A DNA stretch of 39,210 nt from a virus (Duplodnaviria > Caudoviricetes), in the IMG/VR virus record IMGVR_UViG_3300032237_000117, positions 1-39,210 of that record; one strand, given 5' to 3'. The position numbers were made by a program, and so were the translations under genes. Below, one piece after another: positions 8,852 to 17,037 of this stretch (positions are counted from its first letter, which is position 1; each line of letters opens with the position of its first letter). The notes under the pieces were generated by a model. It saw only the letters and a list, made by a program, of their open reading frames with translations. It had not been told where the DNA came from and searched no databases.

Positions 8852-10216
8852 TTATACAGCCGCAATGATAGCGCTTCCGCACTTGAAACACGCAGCAGCC
8901 AATTTGGGATTGGGCAAGCCGCAACTACCGCAGAAGTTGGCTATGGCGTTAAAGTAATTAGCGATATTCTGAGTACCCAAAAGATCCTGCAAGCCTTGAA
9001 CCATGGCGTCAAGTCGGTCTGGGCTATCAGCGCTGTCTGTTGTCCAAGTCGTCATTTGATCTTCAAGTGTCGCAAACTCTCCCACGTGATGAACGCGCCC
9101 TTGTTCATACATAGCCGATACAGGCTCAGCGCGTAATCTTTTACCCACGTGCGCTCGCACTTCTCTGATTGGTAGCCCTATCTTGATTTGGCGCAATACT
9201 GACGCAACCATATCGCCGCCTTGATTGACTTCAACAAGGATTGAGTCAGCCTTATGAAATTCAAATACGCTCACAACCTTTTTAGCCCAATCAAGCGGAG
9301 ATCCCCGCATTGAATAGTCAGCCAAGATGTATCCGTGTCCTTGAGTGTCTGATCCTAGAACGATGATGCCTGTTTCATCGCTATCAGGGTTGTTTGTAAC
9401 AGCAGGATCTACTGATACGACAATTCTTGCGAGCGCTGGCGCTTTTTGTAATCTGCTGCGCTCAATGATCCCGCGTGTCCAAAGTGCGCCTTCTACATCG
9501 TCAAGGATTTCCCCGTATAACTCTTGGCGACCAAGCCGTGTACCTGCGTATCGTGCTTCCAATTCAAGCAACGCTGAGGCTGCAAGGTTGGCTGCGTTAT
9601 CAAAGGTTGAACCGCGTGTTACTGCTACAGATCCGTCTGCGCGCCCTGCTAGCGCTCTGATAAGACTTGTTGGGCGCGGCGTAGTTGTTACAACAATTCT
9701 TGGTTTCTCCCCAAGACGCATACCGAATTGTAATTGATCCCAAGCGTCGGTATATCTATACGCTGCTAACTCGTCACACCAAGCGCCGTGATGCTGTGGA
9801 CCACGGAAGCGATCAGGCTTATCTGCTGAAAACAATTTCATTTGCGATCCGTTGGTCAGCACAATTTCACCTAATGATCTGTTCCAATCTTTCAACACCT
9901 TGTATCGGCGCAAGATAGACAACACGCCAGACTCGCCTTCAACGCAAGTATCTCTGGCGTCACCGTATGTAGGTGCGACTATCGCCCAGCGTGTATTTGG
10001 TTGGCGTATTGCTTCCCAGCAAAGCCACTCAGCCGCAGTACGTGTCTTACCTGCACCGCGCCCTGCCATATAAAGCCAGATGTTCCAATCACTCTGGGGC
10101 GGTAATTGCTCTGGTCTTGCCAGTTCCTTCCGCCACTTCCACCGAGATGCTTTGATCCATTGACTCAAGTTGTCTGATGATCCGTTCAATGTCTGCGTCA
10201 ATGCTGTTCCCGTCAT
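8852..10216 (-). CDS. terL: Terminase large subunit
   Basis: Walker A AGRGAGKT, Walker B WCDE, TTTP coupling motif, RNase H-like VDPA...DETG...DRLDA; C-terminal CxxC..CxxC. Confidence 0.95.
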   Translation of the reverse strand: MTGTALTQTLNGSSDNLSQWIKASRWKWRKELARPEQLPPQSDWNIWLYMAGRGAGKTRTAAEWLCWEAIRQPNTRWAIVAPTYGDARDTCVEGESGVLSILRRYKVLKDWNRSLGEIVLTNGSQMKLFSADKPDRFRGPQHHGAWCDELAAYRYTDAWDQLQFGMRLGEKPRIVVTTTPRPTSLIRALAGRADGSVAVTRGSTFDNAANLAASALLELEARYAGTRLGRQELYGEILDDVEGALWTRGIIERSRLQKAPALARIVVSVDPAVTNNPDSDETGIIVLGSDTQGHGYILADYSMRGSPLDWAKKVVSVFEFHKADSILVEVNQGGDMVASVLRQIKIGLPIREVRAHVGKRLRAEPVSAMYEQGRVHHVGEFATLEDQMTTWTTDSADSPDRLDAMVQGLQDLLGTQNIANYFNAIANFCGSCGLPNPKLAAACFKCGSAIIAAV

Positions 10217-10577
10217 AAGTCACCACCTCTGCTTGAATACGTTGAGGCGCTTCAATACCAAGGATCTTGCACCGCTTGTCTATAACTCGCAATATGAAAT
10301 CAGCCGCCCTCACGTTGCCTTCTAATGCGTCTTTCCAATAAGCCCTCTGAAGCCTGTCTAAGCGATCAAGTTCCTGTGTCCTTAACTCTTCAGCAGGTTG
10401 AACCAAAACACGCGCTATGGCTCTCTGATAAGCCTTATACGCCCCACTAGCGTTACTGAACCCGACAACCTCAGCGATTGCCTCCCAGCCTGCACCCGTA
10501 CGACGCAGTTCAAGCACCTGACGCTCTTTGTCTATGACTTCAGGTTTTGGCGCTCTTTTACTCATATATTTCCCCAC
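10089..10577 (-). CDS. terS: Terminase small subunit
   Basis: N-terminal HTH (LELRRTGAGWEAIAEVVG), ELDRLDRL helix; directly upstream of and overlapping terL. Confidence 0.8.
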   Translation of the reverse strand: MGKYMSKRAPKPEVIDKERQVLELRRTGAGWEAIAEVVGFSNASGAYKAYQRAIARVLVQPAEELRTQELDRLDRLQRAYWKDALEGNVRAADFILRVIDKRCKILGIEAPQRIQAEVVTYDGNSIDADIERIIRQLESMDQSISVEVAEGTGKTRAITAPE

Positions 10578-10579
10578 GA

Positions 10580-11113
10580 TTAAGAAAAGATTACACTACG
10601 CATGAGGTTTGCACCTTGCTCTGGTGTTAATCCGTCAGGGATTTCATAAGCCTTGTAGTTGAAAGCAAGGTTCTTGTGTTTGGTCTCCCTGCCTTTAACC
10701 CAAGTAGGGTTTTGTGTTTTACCTGTTTCAGCGGATCTTTTTGCGCGCCGTTCAGCGCTAATCATTGGATCTGTGTTCAAATAAAACAGATGAAAGTCGC
10801 CTACGCTCTTTGCTAGTTCAAAGAAACGCGCGTTGGCTAGTCTGTCGCCTTCTCCGTAGATGATTGAATAGTCTTTGGCGATATTTGGGAGCCATGGTTC
10901 AATTTGTAGTATCGCCGTATTACCGAGCGTGTCTGTTCCACCAAAAGCGGGTCTGAGCCAACCAAGTGATAACGCGTCTCCGTGCGGCGTATGATGACTT
11001 CTGAACTTAATAGGGTTTTCATGTTGCGCGGTATCCACCCAATCTTTTGTGAACTCAGCAGTAAGTGTTGTCTTGCCAGCGCCAGGTGCGCCAATCAAAT
11101 AAATAACCTTCAT
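10580..11113 (-). CDS. P-loop nucleotide kinase of base-hypermodification clusters (5hmU DNA kinase-like)
   Basis: GAPGAGKTT, GGTDTL, EGDRL and ERRAKR...WVKGRETK; adjacent to an aGPT-PPlase gene. Confidence 0.8.
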   Translation of the reverse strand: MKVIYLIGAPGAGKTTLTAEFTKDWVDTAQHENPIKFRSHHTPHGDALSLGWLRPAFGGTDTLGNTAILQIEPWLPNIAKDYSIIYGEGDRLANARFFELAKSVGDFHLFYLNTDPMISAERRAKRSAETGKTQNPTWVKGRETKHKNLAFNYKAYEIPDGLTPEQGANLMRSVIFS

Positions 11114-11122
11114 CGCCTACTC

Positions 11123-12010
11123 CTACCTTGTAAGTATCTTGCCTGTCTCTTTGTATATCTTTTTTCTTGGTCGGTCTATGCCTGTCCAGCCGTTCAATTC
11201 ACCTAGATAAGCGTGAGGGAATACATTTTTGCGCGCTTCAAATATGGTTTGGGTCAACCCGCTTGGTTGTTTAAGGATCTCTTCAAGCATTGAGTCAAGA
11301 TCCTCTCCAACGTAGTAGTCGCCTTTCACCATTGATTTGAACCCGCACAAACCTGTCTCTGTATCTTGTAATTTAGCACTGATACCGCGTTCCGCCAACT
11401 TCTTGTTGAGATCCAGCGATACTTGATCCAAATAGGCTATGTCGGCTGAATTGTTACCTTGCGGCAGATTTGCGTACAAGTATTCTAAGCCGCGTCTTGG
11501 ACCACTACTGTTGGCGTGACCCATATCTGGCGCTTCAACGGGTAGCCCACAGACTTGTCCAATCATTTCAATCGTGCGGTATGACGCCCAACGCCCGTTA
11601 CCAAATATGGTTTCAACGGGATTTATCATATTGACCCAAGACTGCTGTGGGGATTTTTCAACGTAACTAGACAGCCAGTTGTATAAGCCGCCGTTGCTAT
11701 CCGCTATTGAAACAACATCGCCAAAGTGTCTCTCCATTTTGGCGGGTACTCTGTGAACGCGTCTTTCTGTGTCGCACGATAGGCGTAAATACTTGTCCGC
11801 AGGGATCTCTGGATCACGCGTAAACTCAAAACAGCGCAAGAATGAACCCATATCGTAATAAGCCAAATAGACAAAACACATCCACGCCGCTTGGTTTTTG
11901 TTCAGGTGCAGCAGGTTGGCTAATTCAGTCAATACTGTCGCTTCGGTATCCATAGTTTCCGTACGCACAATCAAGTCGTGCATTGTTGCGTAATCGTCTA
12001 GTAAGGACAT
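11123..12010 (-). CDS. aGPT-PPlase clade 2 / amino acid:DNA transferase (HhH glycosylase-like fold)
   Basis: TERR, GRWASY, SGPRRGL and ETGLCGFKS...GDYYVGED motifs; flanked by TET/JBP and kinase genes. Confidence 0.8.
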   Translation of the reverse strand: MSLLDDYATMHDLIVRTETMDTEATVLTELANLLHLNKNQAAWMCFVYLAYYDMGSFLRCFEFTRDPEIPADKYLRLSCDTERRVHRVPAKMERHFGDVVSIADSNGGLYNWLSSYVEKSPQQSWVNMINPVETIFGNGRWASYRTIEMIGQVCGLPVEAPDMGHANSSGPRRGLEYLYANLPQGNNSADIAYLDQVSLDLNKKLAERGISAKLQDTETGLCGFKSMVKGDYYVGEDLDSMLEEILKQPSGLTQTIFEARKNVFPHAYLGELNGWTGIDRPRKKIYKETGKILTR

Positions 12011-12885
12011 TAGCCCTTGCCTAGTACCTGATGTGCTTCATCGCCTTTAAGCGCCCGTGCCATACGATCTTCACGCATTGTGCGGCTGTCTCTTGCTTTG
12101 GCTGTCTCAACCGCGTAGGTGAAACAGTCTTTCAAGCCGCGTAGCGCGTAATAAACGATTGAGTATCGGTAGGCTGTTTCAGTCTTTGGCGTCATAGGTG
12201 TTACGCCGTGAACATACTTGTACCCCGCAAAGAATGTAACCCAGCCGTCACGACAAGAGCAGGTAAAGTTATATTCAGGCAGCGTCAAGTAGCCGCCTTT
12301 CATCTCTCTGCGAATAACAGGCATGGCTGACCAAGTAGCAAAATTAAACCCGTCACGATGATAAGGCAGGGTTGAGGCTTTATTGACTACGCCAGAAGTC
12401 CATAGCGCGTCATCGGTCATGCGCCACTCATCTTGTAGCCCTGCGTCAGCAAGGTTTTTCTTGTCTGCTTCATATAGATCAGGAGCAAACTCCTTGTACA
12501 TCTGAGCAAACTTTTCAGCAAAAGCAATCAAGACAGCGTGTTCATTTGGTTGTTCATGCGCTAAAGAGGTTGGCCGACAACTTTCTCTGCGCTGAAATAC
12601 TTTGCGTGGAGCCATGCCAAAGGTGCGTGATTTGTTTTTTAGCCCTGTTGATTGGCGGATTGTTTCGCCGTAACTTATGTTTAATACGGAAGCGCGCAGC
12701 AGTTCAACTTCTTGCTCCATAGGAAAATACACGAACACAATTTCATCGGTATCTTCATCAATCCAAATCCCTGCTTCAGTGCAGTTTGCTTTGTAATCGG
12801 GTACAACTGTTCCAACCAGCGCTGTCGCATCCTCTTCAGACATAACTCGCTTGATCTTGTGAACGGGTAATTCAGATAGTTTCAT
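12010..12885 (-). CDS. TET/JBP-family 2-oxoglutarate/Fe(II) dioxygenase
   Basis: HRD (HxD), GGYLTLPE, HGVTP (distal His) and RYSIVYY (2OG-binding Arg). Confidence 0.88.
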   Translation of the reverse strand: MKLSELPVHKIKRVMSEEDATALVGTVVPDYKANCTEAGIWIDEDTDEIVFVYFPMEQEVELLRASVLNISYGETIRQSTGLKNKSRTFGMAPRKVFQRRESCRPTSLAHEQPNEHAVLIAFAEKFAQMYKEFAPDLYEADKKNLADAGLQDEWRMTDDALWTSGVVNKASTLPYHRDGFNFATWSAMPVIRREMKGGYLTLPEYNFTCSCRDGWVTFFAGYKYVHGVTPMTPKTETAYRYSIVYYALRGLKDCFTYAVETAKARDSRTMREDRMARALKGDEAHQVLGKG

Positions 12886-13552
12886 GCTCTGACTTTCTGC
12901 CTACTGCGTTTTCTACCAAACGCAAGATTGCTTCAGCGTTGCTAGATATGTCGTTTGCTGTCCGATATTCAATCAGCGCTTCTACGATCCAAACGTAAGT
13001 GTCGTTATGGTAATCGCACATCAACATACGAGTAGCCTTGTTGATGTATCGCTCAGCATAATCACCCAATGACGGGATAAACCGAGTGCCTGATTGACCA
13101 GTTTCTCCCACTTCAAGAGATGAAAAGTATGTCTTATGTTCAAGTTCCGGCATAGACGCTTCTTGTATTTCAGCCTTCAAGTCATCATATTCGTCAAACG
13201 TATATCCAGATCCGTCAAGATTATTCATACTGTCTAGCAGATCCGCCAACACTTGCTTGTCGTACTCGCCCATGTCTGATGCTCTGTTATCTATTGCGAC
13301 AATCTTGGCTGCTGTTACGTTATCTACATCTACGTACACTACGTCAATTTCAGCCCAACCGAGTTTTTTGGCTGCGCGGTAAGTGTGGTTGCCTGCAAGG
13401 ATTTCGCCTGTTTGTTTGCTAACGGTAATCGGCTTGTATTGCCCGTACTTGCTTAGTGACTCAGCAATCAAATCAACATTACCTTTGCGCGGGTTGTTGT
13501 GATATTCCTTTAGATCCTCTACTGGCGCCTTTATGATTTCCATATAGATCAC
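12872..13552 (-). CDS. ParB/Srx N-terminal-domain protein
   Basis: NPRK...IAESLSKYGQYKPI...ILAGNHTYRAAKKLG...IDNR; unrelated C-terminal domain, no methyltransferase fused. Confidence 0.85.
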   Translation of the reverse strand: MIYMEIIKAPVEDLKEYHNNPRKGNVDLIAESLSKYGQYKPITVSKQTGEILAGNHTYRAAKKLGWAEIDVVYVDVDNVTAAKIVAIDNRASDMGEYDKQVLADLLDSMNNLDGSGYTFDEYDDLKAEIQEASMPELEHKTYFSSLEVGETGQSGTRFIPSLGDYAERYINKATRMLMCDYHNDTYVWIVEALIEYRTANDISSNAEAILRLVENAVGRKSEHETI

Positions 13553-13719
13553 TTTACGCTTAATTGTAACCTTGCGTCAAGTAGATCATCAATGCTAGCA
13601 CTCAATATTTCGCGCTTGCGCCAGTCCATGCGGTTGCCGTACTCATCGGTCTTGAGCATTTTATAGATATGAGCAATAGCCTCATCTATATCAGCGACAG
13701 TCGCTTCGTCAATTTTCAT
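13549..13719 (-). CDS. Hypothetical protein (56 aa)
   Basis: Likely start MKIDEA at 13719; stop overlaps the ParB start. Confidence 0.55.
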   Translation of the reverse strand: MKIDEATVADIDEAIAHIYKMLKTDEYGNRMDWRKREILSASIDDLLDARLQLSVK

Positions 13720-13729
13720 AAGCCGTATG

Positions 13730-13906
13730 CTACAACTGCTTACGCGCTCTTTTCGGTTTTGGCGCAGGTGCAGCCGCTTGTATTTCCTCAAGCAGCAGCG
13801 CTTCATAGTTTTCAATCATAAAAGCGAGATCCTCATGACCGCGCATACGCAACTTGTCGGCAAACTGATTAAGCGCCTGACCCACTCTTGGCTTGTCTAA
13901 CTTCAA
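13730..13906 (-). CDS. Hypothetical protein (58 aa, MKLDKPRVGQALNQFADKL...)
   Basis: Not in the ORF track; TTG start, fills the gap, protein-like composition. Confidence 0.45.
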   Translation of the reverse strand: MKLDKPRVGQALNQFADKLRMRGHEDLAFMIENYEALLLEEIQAAAPAPKPKRARKQL

Positions 13907-14084
13907 GTTTTGCTCGCTTTCTCTCTGAATACGCTTCTACATCTTCAGCGCGATAGAACACGCTGCGCCCCTGCTTTTTTGACCAGACCAACTGCTTACG
14001 GAATTGTATCTGACGCAGGTTGTTAAGCGTAATGTTTAATTGAGCAACCACTTCATCGGCGCTTAGCCAGCCTTCATCTACCAC
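13869..14084 (-). CDS. HTH DNA-binding protein (excisionase/MerR-like)
   Basis: WLSADEVVAQLNITLNNLRQ...GRSVFYRAEDVEAY. Confidence 0.7.
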   Translation of the reverse strand: MVDEGWLSADEVVAQLNITLNNLRQIQFRKQLVWSKKQGRSVFYRAEDVEAYSERKRAKLEVRQAKSGSGA

Positions 14085-14434
14085 GCTGGTAAATCGTTTC
14101 TACGTGGGTTCTGAGCAACTTTGGATACAACGCCAATCTCTTGAGCGTTTATCTCAAGTCCAACCTTATCTGAGCCGTCTTTAGCCTTATAAGTGGATTG
14201 TTTTAGCGATCCAGAGATCATTACCTTGTTGCCTTTGGATATTGTGTCCATAAGCGCTTCTGACTTTTCGCCCCATTGGGTGACTCTGAACCACATTGTC
14301 TCGCCGTCCACCCAATCATCGCCTTGCTTCTGACGTGGCGTATAAGCCAAACTAAAAGAAACAAAAGGTGTGTTGGTTTTGGTGAACTTGAGTTCAGGAT
14401 CAGATCCGATATTGCCTACTACTGTTACGTTCAT
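14078..14434 (-). CDS. ssb: Single-stranded DNA-binding protein
   Basis: VTVVGNIGSDPELKFT...DGETMWFRVTQW OB-fold; true start MNVT at 14434. Confidence 0.9.
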   Translation of the reverse strand: MNVTVVGNIGSDPELKFTKTNTPFVSFSLAYTPRQKQGDDWVDGETMWFRVTQWGEKSEALMDTISKGNKVMISGSLKQSTYKAKDGSDKVGLEINAQEIGVVSKVAQNPRRNDLPAW

Positions 14435-14769
14435 TGTGTGCCTTCCTGTAATGTAATCATCGTACCATTTTCTTGTAACAATACAAGTGAGCCATCTGGT
14501 CTTTCCAGCACCCACTCTGTCGGTTCACGCCAAGACGGAACCATGTATCCCTTGCGTTCAGCCTTTTCTGGCTGCATGTGAATACTGTCTGTATTGAGGT
14601 TGTGGCAGCCGTGATGAACCCGTATAAGGTTAGCCACGCTGTCTTTGCCGCCGCGCGATTTTAATTTGCGGTGGTGTAGCGCCATTGACTCTTGCTCTGG
14701 AGATCCGCAGACTTCGCAGTATCCGCCAGCCCGTTGCTCAACAAGCGCAACAATTTTTTGGTTAATCAT
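14431..14769 (-). CDS. HNH endonuclease
   Basis: CEVCG...HHRKLKSRGGKDSVANL...CHN. Confidence 0.85.
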   Translation of the reverse strand: MINQKIVALVEQRAGGYCEVCGSPEQESMALHHRKLKSRGGKDSVANLIRVHHGCHNLNTDSIHMQPEKAERKGYMVPSWREPTEWVLERPDGSLVLLQENGTMITLQEGTQ

Positions 14770-14848
14770 CGTCGTCATCTATCCAGTCATCAGGATCTAC
14801 GCTTGGGTGTTCAACAGTAAGAGGTAGCCCAAAAGGTGATGTAGTCAT
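14762..14848 (-). CDS. 28-aa acidic microprotein (MTTSPFGLP...DDWIDDDDD)
   Basis: ATG overlaps the upstream TAA and the stop overlaps the HNH start. Confidence 0.4.
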   Translation of the reverse strand: MTTSPFGLPLTVEHPSVDPDDWIDDDDD

Positions 14849-15252
14849 TAGTACCAGCCTGTTCCCTTTTTATCTTGTCTTTGCCAGAACCGCCAAGCCG
14901 CGCAGGGAGTTCCGTATCTGTGTTTGATGTATTTCAAGCCTCTGTCTATCTGTTTGTGAGCAGGTAGTTTAGGCGACAAACCAAGTATTTGGGGAATACC
15001 GCCAGCGTGCAAACCATTGACCTTGATCTTGTTGTAAGACTTTGGCGACCAGTTGCTCTCTTTAGTCCAAAGTATGTTCAGACAAGCAAACTGTTTTTTG
15101 TCTGCAACCTTGAATTGGGCGTACTGCTTAGGCGCTAATAACGCAAGTCTCATTTCTTGAGTCATGTGCGGCGCAGAAGCCGTTGCTGGGCTGGCAAGCG
15201 CAAATCCAACCGCTAGTGCGGCTGCTAAAAGGATCTGTGCATAGCGACGTAT
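14848..15252 (-). CDS. Secreted lytic transglycosylase-like protein (lysozyme fold)
   Basis: KESNW catalytic Glu, GIPQ, QIDRGLKYIKHRYGTPCAAW; in-frame signal peptide upstream of the first ATG (15165) suggests an ATA start at 15252. Confidence 0.75.
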   Translation of the reverse strand: MRRYAQILLAAALAVGFALASPATASAPHMTQEMRLALLAPKQYAQFKVADKKQFACLNILWTKESNWSPKSYNKIKVNGLHAGGIPQILGLSPKLPAHKQIDRGLKYIKHRYGTPCAAWRFWQRQDKKGTGWY

Positions 15253-15255
15253 GCG

Positions 15256-15345
15256 TTACTCGTTTCGCCCCTTACGACAGGCTTCGCAGATCTGTTCTCC
15301 GTAGTGCCAAGCGCCATAGGCGCATCGTGATAGTTGATTGTCCAT
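15256..15345 (-). CDS. 29-aa Cys/His microprotein (MDNQLSRCAYGAWHYGEQICEACRKGRNE)
   Basis: Strong SD (AAAGGGGAG), CxxC; same frame as the transglycosylase. Confidence 0.5.
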   Translation of the reverse strand: MDNQLSRCAYGAWHYGEQICEACRKGRNE

Positions 15346-15387
15346 TATCTCCCCTTTCAGGTGGTTATCGGACATAGTTATTTTAGA

Positions 15388-15591
15388 CTATGACGCCTTT
15401 GGCGCGTCAAATCTCTTGGCATGGCTTTTGCCGTTTGGTTCAATAAGCAGGATTTCCCGCGTATCTTTGGCGTCGCCGTAATCTACGTATTTATCGTAAC
15501 CAAGAATTGCCGACATAGCATCGGTGTAGCGAGCGCTGAAAACCAATAGCCCGTCTGTCCAAACCCGCAAAGTAAATATGTACTCTCTCAT
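15388..15591 (-). CDS. Hypothetical protein
   Basis: ORF with ATGA coupling to the upstream gene. Confidence 0.6.
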   Translation of the reverse strand: MREYIFTLRVWTDGLLVFSARYTDAMSAILGYDKYVDYGDAKDTREILLIEPNGKSHAKRFDAPKAS

Positions 15592-15806
15592 TGGTCGTAC
15601 TTGCTTCTTTGGACATTGATCTGATGATTACACTTTGGGCATTCTATGTCGCAATCAAGGTTGCCTGCGTCATCGGTTGGTAGTGTCTCTTTAATAACCG
15701 CGTCGCAGGTCAAACTTTTTCTGTCGCACTCTGAACACTCTTCAGCGCAAACCACTTCAACATCTATATCTACAGACAACGTGCCTGATCCATACCAGTA
15801 ACTCAT
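15588..15806 (-). CDS. Cys-rich (Zn-ribbon) hypothetical protein
   Basis: CSEC and CPKC motifs. Confidence 0.6.
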   Translation of the reverse strand: MSYWYGSGTLSVDIDVEVVCAEECSECDRKSLTCDAVIKETLPTDDAGNLDCDIECPKCNHQINVQRSKYDQ

Positions 15807-16072
15807 CGCAGTTCCTTCATCATTTCGTTAAGTTCTTTGTAATTTAAGCGGGTGCTGAGATAAGCAATCTTGTCTGGGGTGCGATCCATTTCTAGCCCTT
15901 GACTAATGATAAAAGCCTTGTAAGGGTTTTTTGGGTCTGGGTTGAATTGCATAAAGTTTAACGCCGCCGTGTATAGCGGGTAGTCATTGTTGATCCATAA
16001 AGCCACGTTCCAAGTCTGGCGATTAGCCCAGCCTTCGTATGTCTTGTCCTCTTTTGCGTATATTGCAGTCAT
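15803..16072 (-). CDS. Hypothetical phage protein ([19 protein letters not shown] motif)
   Basis: Motif of a common small phage family; start MTAIY with SD GGAAGG. Confidence 0.65.
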   Translation of the reverse strand: MTAIYAKEDKTYEGWANRQTWNVALWINNDYPLYTAALNFMQFNPDPKNPYKAFIISQGLEMDRTPDKIAYLSTRLNYKELNEMMKELR

Positions 16073-16085
16073 TTGTTTGCCTTCC

Positions 16086-16283
16086 TTATCGGTTGATCTT
16101 TGATACATATTGGATTTGAGCGTTCACGCCGTAAAGCCGTAGCGCGTCAGCAACATCTAATGCGATTTGGTCTTTAACGTAGCCGTTCAGCATTGACTGA
16201 GGCAACGATTGTCCTTGGCGGTTTACGTACTGAGCAAGATCCCCGTCAAGATCAATTTCAAGTTCCACTCTGAATTTAGCCAT
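16086..16283 (-). CDS. Hypothetical protein
   Basis: Start MAKFRV coupled to the upstream TAA. Confidence 0.55.
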   Translation of the reverse strand: MAKFRVELEIDLDGDLAQYVNRQGQSLPQSMLNGYVKDQIALDVADALRLYGVNAQIQYVSKINR

Positions 16284-16444
16284 TAGTGAGCCGACAATTC
16301 GTAGTGGTGGGCGCATAGCGTCTTACCGAAAAAGTAATTGGTGGCTTCAACTTCGCAAATCACGCAGGTTGCGCCTTTGACCGCACATCTGCCGCAAACT
16401 GAGCCTGTGTAGTTATGCTCAACGCAATGGTTATCAATAGACAT
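16283..16444 (-). CDS. 53-aa Cys/His-rich microprotein
   Basis: Not in track; TAATG coupling at both ends; CGRC, CVIC, CAHH. Confidence 0.5.
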   Translation of the reverse strand: MSIDNHCVEHNYTGSVCGRCAVKGATCVICEVEATNYFFGKTLCAHHYELSAH

Positions 16445-16614
16445 TAGTTACCCCAAATCATCTTGTGGCAAGATCCGTAGCCAAGCCAGTTGCCGTCAGG
16501 TTGCCCTACGTAGCAAACATCGCGTGTTGCGTATGTAATAGCGCCAATAACAGCCAACAGCAAGATTACGGCTGCAACCCTGCGTCTCACTATGTACTTT
16601 TGTTCCATTCTCAT
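16444..16614 (-). CDS. Small membrane protein
   Basis: YIVRRRVAAVILLLAVIGAITYA basic + hydrophobic segment. Confidence 0.6.
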   Translation of the reverse strand: MRMEQKYIVRRRVAAVILLLAVIGAITYATRDVCYVGQPDGNWLGYGSCHKMIWGN

Positions 16615-16766
16615 TTTGCCTCCAGTAGTTGATCGTGTAATACAGCGCACGGTGGACACACGCCGTTGAAAAACATCTCGCCGTTATCGTATTTGTACCA
16701 CTTGCCCTGTAACACGAATGTGACGTGACCGCACATTGGGCAATTCTGCGGGTTTTGGGTAGCCAT
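16611..16766 (-). CDS. 51-aa Zn-ribbon microprotein
   Basis: Not in track; CPMC...CPPC; coupled start and stop. Confidence 0.5.
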   Translation of the reverse strand: MATQNPQNCPMCGHVTFVLQGKWYKYDNGEMFFNGVCPPCAVLHDQLLEAK

Positions 16767-17035
16767 TACTTTCTCTCCTGATTGATAATGCGTGAGTCAA
16801 CGATTACCGCGCTAGATCCAAAAAGTGTGTTGTTGCCTACTGAGATGAGCGCCTGAGCGCCGTCATACTCGTTGCGTAAGTCAATTCGCACGTCAATTAG
16901 ATACTCTGGTGACTCTGCGATTGCGTCAGTAAGAAAACGTACCAATGAAGCGGCTTGGCGCTTGCTCATCTTGGTTACTGCTGTTACAAGGTCAAAACGT
17001 AGTTCGTGATTGATTGTTGGTGTTGTTGATGTCAT
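16766..17035 (-). CDS. Hypothetical protein
   Basis: Start MTSTT with SD GGAGG. Confidence 0.6.
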   Translation of the reverse strand: MTSTTPTINHELRFDLVTAVTKMSKRQAASLVRFLTDAIAESPEYLIDVRIDLRNEYDGAQALISVGNNTLFGSSAVIVDSRIINQERK

Positions 17036-17037
17036 TT

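Noticed and set aside
554-10583. Numerous plus-strand ORFs in the track (also throughout the rest of the genome)
   Set aside because: Antisense shadows of well-supported minus-strand genes, lacking SD sites and motifs
11790-13205. Gap in AGATCC/GGATCT sites over the TET gene
   Set aside because: With a mean spacing near 420 bp, a few gaps of 1.0-1.4 kb are expected by chance
12872-13552. ParB as a plasmid-prophage partition system
   Set aside because: No ParA or parS array seen; the context is modification and packaging
13869-14084. Excisionase implying integration
   Set aside because: No integrase recognised; generic HTH regulator
14431-14769. HNH as a homing endonuclease or intron marker
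   Set aside because: Short stand-alone HNH with no interrupted gene; common phage accessory
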